A DNA stretch of 10,357 bases from a virus: UHGV virus genome UHGV-1710816. One strand, 5' to 3'. Position numbers and translations under genes: made by a program. Positions within the stretch are counted from its first letter, which is position 1, and every line of letters starts with the position of its first letter. The notes below the pieces were generated by a model. The model did no database searches. It saw only the letters and a program-made list of their open reading frames with translations, and had not been told where the DNA came from. Of this stretch, positions 6,706-10,357 are shown piece by piece.

Positions 6706-8478
6706 ATGACCATCACCACAGACACCACTCTTTTACACGACCCGCGTCGTCAGGCGGCGCTGCTGTACTGGCAGGGGTTTTCCGTGCCGCAGATTGCCGC
6801 CATGTTGCAGATGAAACGCCCGACGGTGCAGAGCTGGAAACAGCGCGACGGCTGGGACAGCGTTGCCCCCATCAGCCGTGTCGAAATGAGTCTGGAAGCG
6901 CGGCTGACCCAGCTCATCATCAAACCGCAGAAAACCGGCGGTGACTTCAAGGAAATTGACCTGCTCGGACGCCAGATTGAACGACTGGCACGGGTAAACC
7001 GCTACAGCCAGACCGGCAACGAGGCAGACCTTAATCCGAACATCGCTAACCGCAACAAAGGCGGGCGTCGCAAACCGAAAAAGAATTTTTTCAGCGACGA
7101 GGCTATCGAAAAGCTGGAGCAGATTTTCTTTGAGCAGTCTTTCGACTATCAGTTGCACTGGTATCGCGCCGGGCTTGAGCACCGCATCCGCGATATCCTG
7201 AAATCCCGCCAGATTGGCGCGACGTTTTATTTTTCCCGCGAGGCGCTGCTGCGCGCCCTGAAAACCGGTCATAACCAGATTTTTCTGTCGGCCAGTAAAA
7301 CGCAGGCGTATGTGTTCCGCGAATACATCATCGCCTTTGCCCGGCTGGTTGACGTTGACCTGACCGGTGACCCGATTGTCCTGGGCAATAACGGCGCAAA
7401 ACTGATTTTTCTCGGCACCAACTCCAACACCGCACAGAGCCATAACGGCGACCTGTACGTCGACGAGATTTTCTGGATCCCGAATTTTCAGGTACTGCGT
7501 AAGGTGGCATCAGGTATGGCCTCACAGAGTCACCTGCGTTCGACCTATTTCTCCACCCCGTCCACGCTGGCGCACGACGCCTACCCGTTCTGGTCAGGTG
7601 AACTGTTCAACCGGGGACGCGCCAGCGCCGCCGAACGCGTGGAAATCGACGTCAGTCATAACGCCCTTGCCGGTGGGCTTCTCTGTGCGGACGGCCAGTG
7701 GCGGCAGATTGTCACCATTGAGGACGCCCTGAAAGGTGGCTGCACGCTGTTCGACATTGAGCAGCTCAAACGTGAAAACAGCGCCGACGATTTTAAAAAC
7801 CTGTTCATGTGTGAATTTGTTGACGACAAGGCGTCGGTGTTCCCGTTCGAGGAGCTGCAACGCTGCATGGTCGACACGCTGGAAGAATGGGAAGACTATG
7901 CGCCGTTTGCCGCGAATCCGTTCGGCTCCCGCCCGGTATGGATTGGTTACGACCCGTCACACCGTGGCGACAGCGCCGGATGCGTGGTGCTGGCACCACC
8001 GGTGGTGGCCGGTGGCAAATTCAGAATACTTGAGCGTCACCAGTGGAAAGGCATGGACTTTGCCACCCAGGCGGAATCCATCCGCAAACTCACCGAAAAA
8101 TACAACGTCGAATACATCGGAATTGATGCCACCGGCCTCGGTGTCGGCGTGTTCCAGCTCGTGCGCTCGTTCTATCCCGCCGCGCGCGATATCCGCTACA
8201 CGCCGGAAATGAAAACCGCAATGGTGCTCAAGGCAAAAGACGTTATTCGCCGTGGCTGTCTGGAATATGACGTCAGCGCCACCGACATCACCAGCTCGTT
8301 TATGGCTATCCGCAAGACCATGACCAGCAGCGGACGCAGCGCCACCTATGAGGCCAGCCGCAGCGAGGAAGCCAGCCACGCCGACCTCGCCTGGGCGACC
8401 ATGCACGCTCTGTTAAATGAGCCACTCACCGCCGGTATCAGCACCCCGCTGACATCCACCATTCTGGAGTTTTACTGA
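6706..8478 (+). CDS. P: Terminase large (ATPase) subunit P
   Basis: First ATG at 6706 with GAGG 5 nt upstream gives 590 aa MTITTDTTLLHDPRRQAALLYWQGF.... The ORF-track start at 6676 is a TTG extension. The stop overlaps the Q start (TGATG). Confidence 0.92.
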   Translation: MTITTDTTLLHDPRRQAALLYWQGFSVPQIAAMLQMKRPTVQSWKQRDGWDSVAPISRVEMSLEARLTQLIIKPQKTGGDFKEIDLLGRQIERLARVNRYSQTGNEADLNPNIANRNKGGRRKPKKNFFSDEAIEKLEQIFFEQSFDYQLHWYRAGLEHRIRDILKSRQIGATFYFSREALLRALKTGHNQIFLSASKTQAYVFREYIIAFARLVDVDLTGDPIVLGNNGAKLIFLGTNSNTAQSHNGDLYVDEIFWIPNFQVLRKVASGMASQSHLRSTYFSTPSTLAHDAYPFWSGELFNRGRASAAERVEIDVSHNALAGGLLCADGQWRQIVTIEDALKGGCTLFDIEQLKRENSADDFKNLFMCEFVDDKASVFPFEELQRCMVDTLEEWEDYAPFAANPFGSRPVWIGYDPSHRGDSAGCVVLAPPVVAGGKFRILERHQWKGMDFATQAESIRKLTEKYNVEYIGIDATGLGVGVFQLVRSFYPAARDIRYTPEMKTAMVLKAKDVIRRGCLEYDVSATDITSSFMAIRKTMTSSGRSATYEASRSEEASHADLAWATMHALLNEPLTAGISTPLTSTILEFY

Positions 8479-9512
8479 TGAGCAAGAAAAAAGGGAAAAC
8501 ACCGCAACCTGCGGCAAAAAAAATGACTGCCAGCGCCCCGAAAATGGAGGCATTCACCTTTGGTGAGCCGGTGCCGGTGCTCGACCGCCGTGACATTCTG
8601 GATTACGTCGAATGCATCAGTAACGGCAGATGGTATGAGCCGCCGGTCAGCTTTACCGGTCTGGCAAAAAGCCTGCGTGCTGCCGTGCATCACAGCTCAC
8701 CGATTTACGTCAAACGTAATATTCTGGCCTCGACATTTATCCCGCATCCATGGCTTTCCCAGCAGGATTTCAGCCGCTTTGTGCTGGATTTTCTGGTATT
8801 TGGTAATGCATTTCTGGAAAAGCGTTACAGCACCACCGGTAAAGTTATCAGGCTGGAAACCTCACCGGCAAAATATACCCGCCGTGGTGTGGAAGAGGAT
8901 GTTTACTGGTGGGTGCCGTCCTTCAACGAGCCGACAGCCTTCGCGCCCGGCTCCGTGTTTCACCTGCTGGAGCCGGATATTAATCAGGAGCTGTACGGCC
9001 TGCCGGAATATCTCAGCGCCCTTAACTCTGCCTGGCTGAATGAGTCGGCCACGCTGTTCCGCCGCAAGTATTACGAAAATGGCGCACATGCCGGATACAT
9101 CATGTACGTCACTGATGCCGTGCAGGATCGCAACGATATCGAAATGCTTCGCGAAAACATGGTCAAGTCGAAAGGCCGCAACAACTTTAAAAATCTGTTT
9201 CTCTATGCCCCGCAGGGGAAAGCCGACGGCATTAAAATTATCCCGCTCAGTGAAGTGGCAACGAAGGACGATTTTTTTAATATCAAAAAAGCCAGCGCCG
9301 CTGACCTGCTGGACGCGCACCGCATCCCCTTTCAGTTGATGGGCGGCAAGCCGGAGAACGTCGGGTCGCTGGGTGATATTGAGAAAGTGGCAAAGGTCTT
9401 TGTCCGCAATGAACTTATCCCGCTACAGGACAGGATCCGCGAGATAAACGGCTGGCTCGGTCAGGAGGTCATCCGCTTTAAAAACTACTCACTGGACACT
9501 GACAACGGCTGA
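8478..9512 (+). CDS. Q: Portal protein Q
   Basis: 344-aa ORF MSKKKGKTPQPAAKKMTASAPKMEAFTFGEPVP...; size and position next to cos match P2 gpQ; start coupled to the P stop. Confidence 0.92.
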   Translation: MSKKKGKTPQPAAKKMTASAPKMEAFTFGEPVPVLDRRDILDYVECISNGRWYEPPVSFTGLAKSLRAAVHHSSPIYVKRNILASTFIPHPWLSQQDFSRFVLDFLVFGNAFLEKRYSTTGKVIRLETSPAKYTRRGVEEDVYWWVPSFNEPTAFAPGSVFHLLEPDINQELYGLPEYLSALNSAWLNESATLFRRKYYENGAHAGYIMYVTDAVQDRNDIEMLRENMVKSKGRNNFKNLFLYAPQGKADGIKIIPLSEVATKDDFFNIKKASAADLLDAHRIPFQLMGGKPENVGSLGDIEKVAKVFVRNELIPLQDRIREINGWLGQEVIRFKNYSLDTDNG

Positions 9513-9515
9513 ACA

Positions 9516-9540
9516 TCGCCGCCTGCGGGCGGCTTTTTTA
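9516..9540 (+). terminator. Rho-independent terminator ending the P-Q operon
   Basis: GCCGCC (9518-9523), tetraloop TGCG, GGCGGC (9528-9533), then TTTTTT (9534-9539), starting 6 nt after the Q stop. Confidence 0.75.
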
Positions 9541-9681
9541 CAACCCGCCATCACGCCCTCACACGCTCACCACCGCACAAAACATCCCACAGACACACCA
9601 ACGCCCCGGCGAACAATCTAAACGCCATCACGACGCGCTCAGGCGCTGAAAAAATAAAATCAGCACCACCGCCAGCGCGCA

Positions 9682-9700
9682 GTGCTTTCCCCGCCTCGCC
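9682..9700 (-). other. cos: cos: P2-type 19-nt cohesive-end sequence, uncut
   Basis: Plus strand reads GTGCTTTCCCCGCCTCGCC; its reverse complement GGCGAGGCGGGGAAAGCAC is the P2/P4 cohesive-end sequence as I recall it. It lies about 170 bp beyond the Q stop. Confidence 0.85.
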
Positions 9701-9841
9701 CGCCCGCTTCATGGGGCGGTTTTAATGCAGGTGCATCACCCCCCCGGCAAGCGCCTGTTCTGGTGCTCGCTGTCAAAAGATATATTTGAAAATGAATGCA
9801 AATTTATGCACCTAATGCAGGCGAGGCTAAAAAGAACATCT

Positions 9842-10234
9842 TTAGTTTGTTTTTTTAACTCCACTGTATTCCGCTATCATCCTCTCAACCGCTGGAAGCA
9901 ACTCAGCAGGAACGCAAATAGACCTATCTGCCTTTCCAACATCTTTTGGCGTTTTGTAAGTACCATTATAATTAAGGACGCATTCTTTAAGAATTTCAAA
10001 AAGAGAAACAATAGGGTCCACGCCATAGCTATCAATAAACTTTCGATAGCCATCATTATCAGATAACGATGAAATATCTCCATGAACAAACTTACACCTA
10101 AGCTCATAGATTATTCCTATTTTTGAATCAATATCAATAATTTTCGCCGCATCTCTGCAAACACCGCCAATAATTGAATTTTTATTACCATTATTGGTTC
10201 CATACATAGCATCCAATGCTATAAATTGATTCAA
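9842..10234 (-). CDS. Hypothetical protein in an AT-rich island next to cos; possible accessory/defence cargo, family not recognised
   Basis: 130-codon ORF in a region far more AT-rich than the flanking phage genes. The track start is a TTG at 10234-10232 with AAAGG just upstream; the first ATG is 9 codons further in (10207). An in-frame stop lies upstream at 10306-10304. The composition is protein-like but I cannot assign a family. Confidence 0.45.
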   Translation of the reverse strand: MNQFIALDAMYGTNNGNKNSIIGGVCRDAAKIIDIDSKIGIIYELRCKFVHGDISSLSDNDGYRKFIDSYGVDPIVSLFEILKECVLNYNGTYKTPKDVGKADRSICVPAELLPAVERMIAEYSGVKKTN

Positions 10235-10357
10235 AAACCTTTCACGTTTGTCATCCCTCCACCCGTGCGCTATAAAGGAAAGAGCAGTCTGAGACAGGTG
10301 CAGCTACAACAATCATCAGTGGTCTTGCAGTTGGTATGAAATCAACAGCTATCCCGC

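Larger units (their letters stand above)
1..10357. mobile_element. P2-like (Peduovirus-type) phage/prophage segment: late morphogenesis-lysis module through cos
   Basis: Colinear set of P2 late proteins V-S-R-lysC-lysB-lysA-K-Y-X-L-M-N-O on minus strand, P-Q on plus strand, followed by the P2-type 19-nt cohesive-end sequence. Confidence 0.9.

Noticed and set aside
6733-7443. Minus-strand ORFs of 236 aa and others (7594-7860, 7957-8406, 8862-9320) inside P and Q
   Set aside because: Antisense shadow frames within terminase and portal genes; no start context and no protein-like character.
9701-9724. Short hairpin plus T-run just after cos (CCGCT...GGCGG TTTTA)
   Set aside because: Stem is only 4-5 bp with a G-T wobble, and there is no plus-strand gene ending here. 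Too weak to call a terminator.
9976-9993. HEPN-like R-x4-H motif (RCKFVH) in the island ORF, coded at 10082-10099
   Set aside because: A single Rx4-6H match is expected by chance in a protein this size and is not at the usual position within the domain. Kept only as a weak hint, not a family assignment.
9725-10066. Plus-strand 113-aa ORF overlapping the AT-rich island ORF
   Set aside because: Low-complexity, Ile/Phe/Lys-rich translation typical of a spurious frame in AT-rich DNA. The minus-strand ORF over the same bases has a more balanced composition, though neither is proven.
1-10357. CRISPR arrays, tRNA/rRNA genes, insertion sequences
   Set aside because: No regularly spaced direct repeats, no cloverleaf-like sequences and no transposase-like ORFs or terminal inverted repeats were seen. 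The window is densely filled with phage structural genes.

Overview
Almost the whole window is the late (head, lysis, tail-completion) module of a P2-like temperate phage or prophage, in reverse orientation to the conventional P2 map. On the minus strand, from the left edge: V (5' part only), S, R, nested lysC, lysB, lysA, K (endolysin), Y (holin), X, L, M (small terminase), N (major capsid), O (scaffold). A 173-bp divergent promoter region follows, then P (large terminase) and Q (portal) on the plus strand, a clean intrinsic terminator, and an uncut 19-nt P2-type cos site at 9682-9700. Gene sizes and gaps in the late module are canonical, with no cargo inserted. The one place that looks accessory is beyond cos: GC content drops sharply over about 9776-10245, and this island carries one 130-codon minus-strand ORF of unknown family. 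It sits where P2-like phages are known to carry variable anti-phage cargo (the old/tin side of cos). The window ends 112 bp past the island, so that locus is only partly visible. All gene calls rest on reading the supplied translations and recognising P2 proteins from memory; no database search was run.
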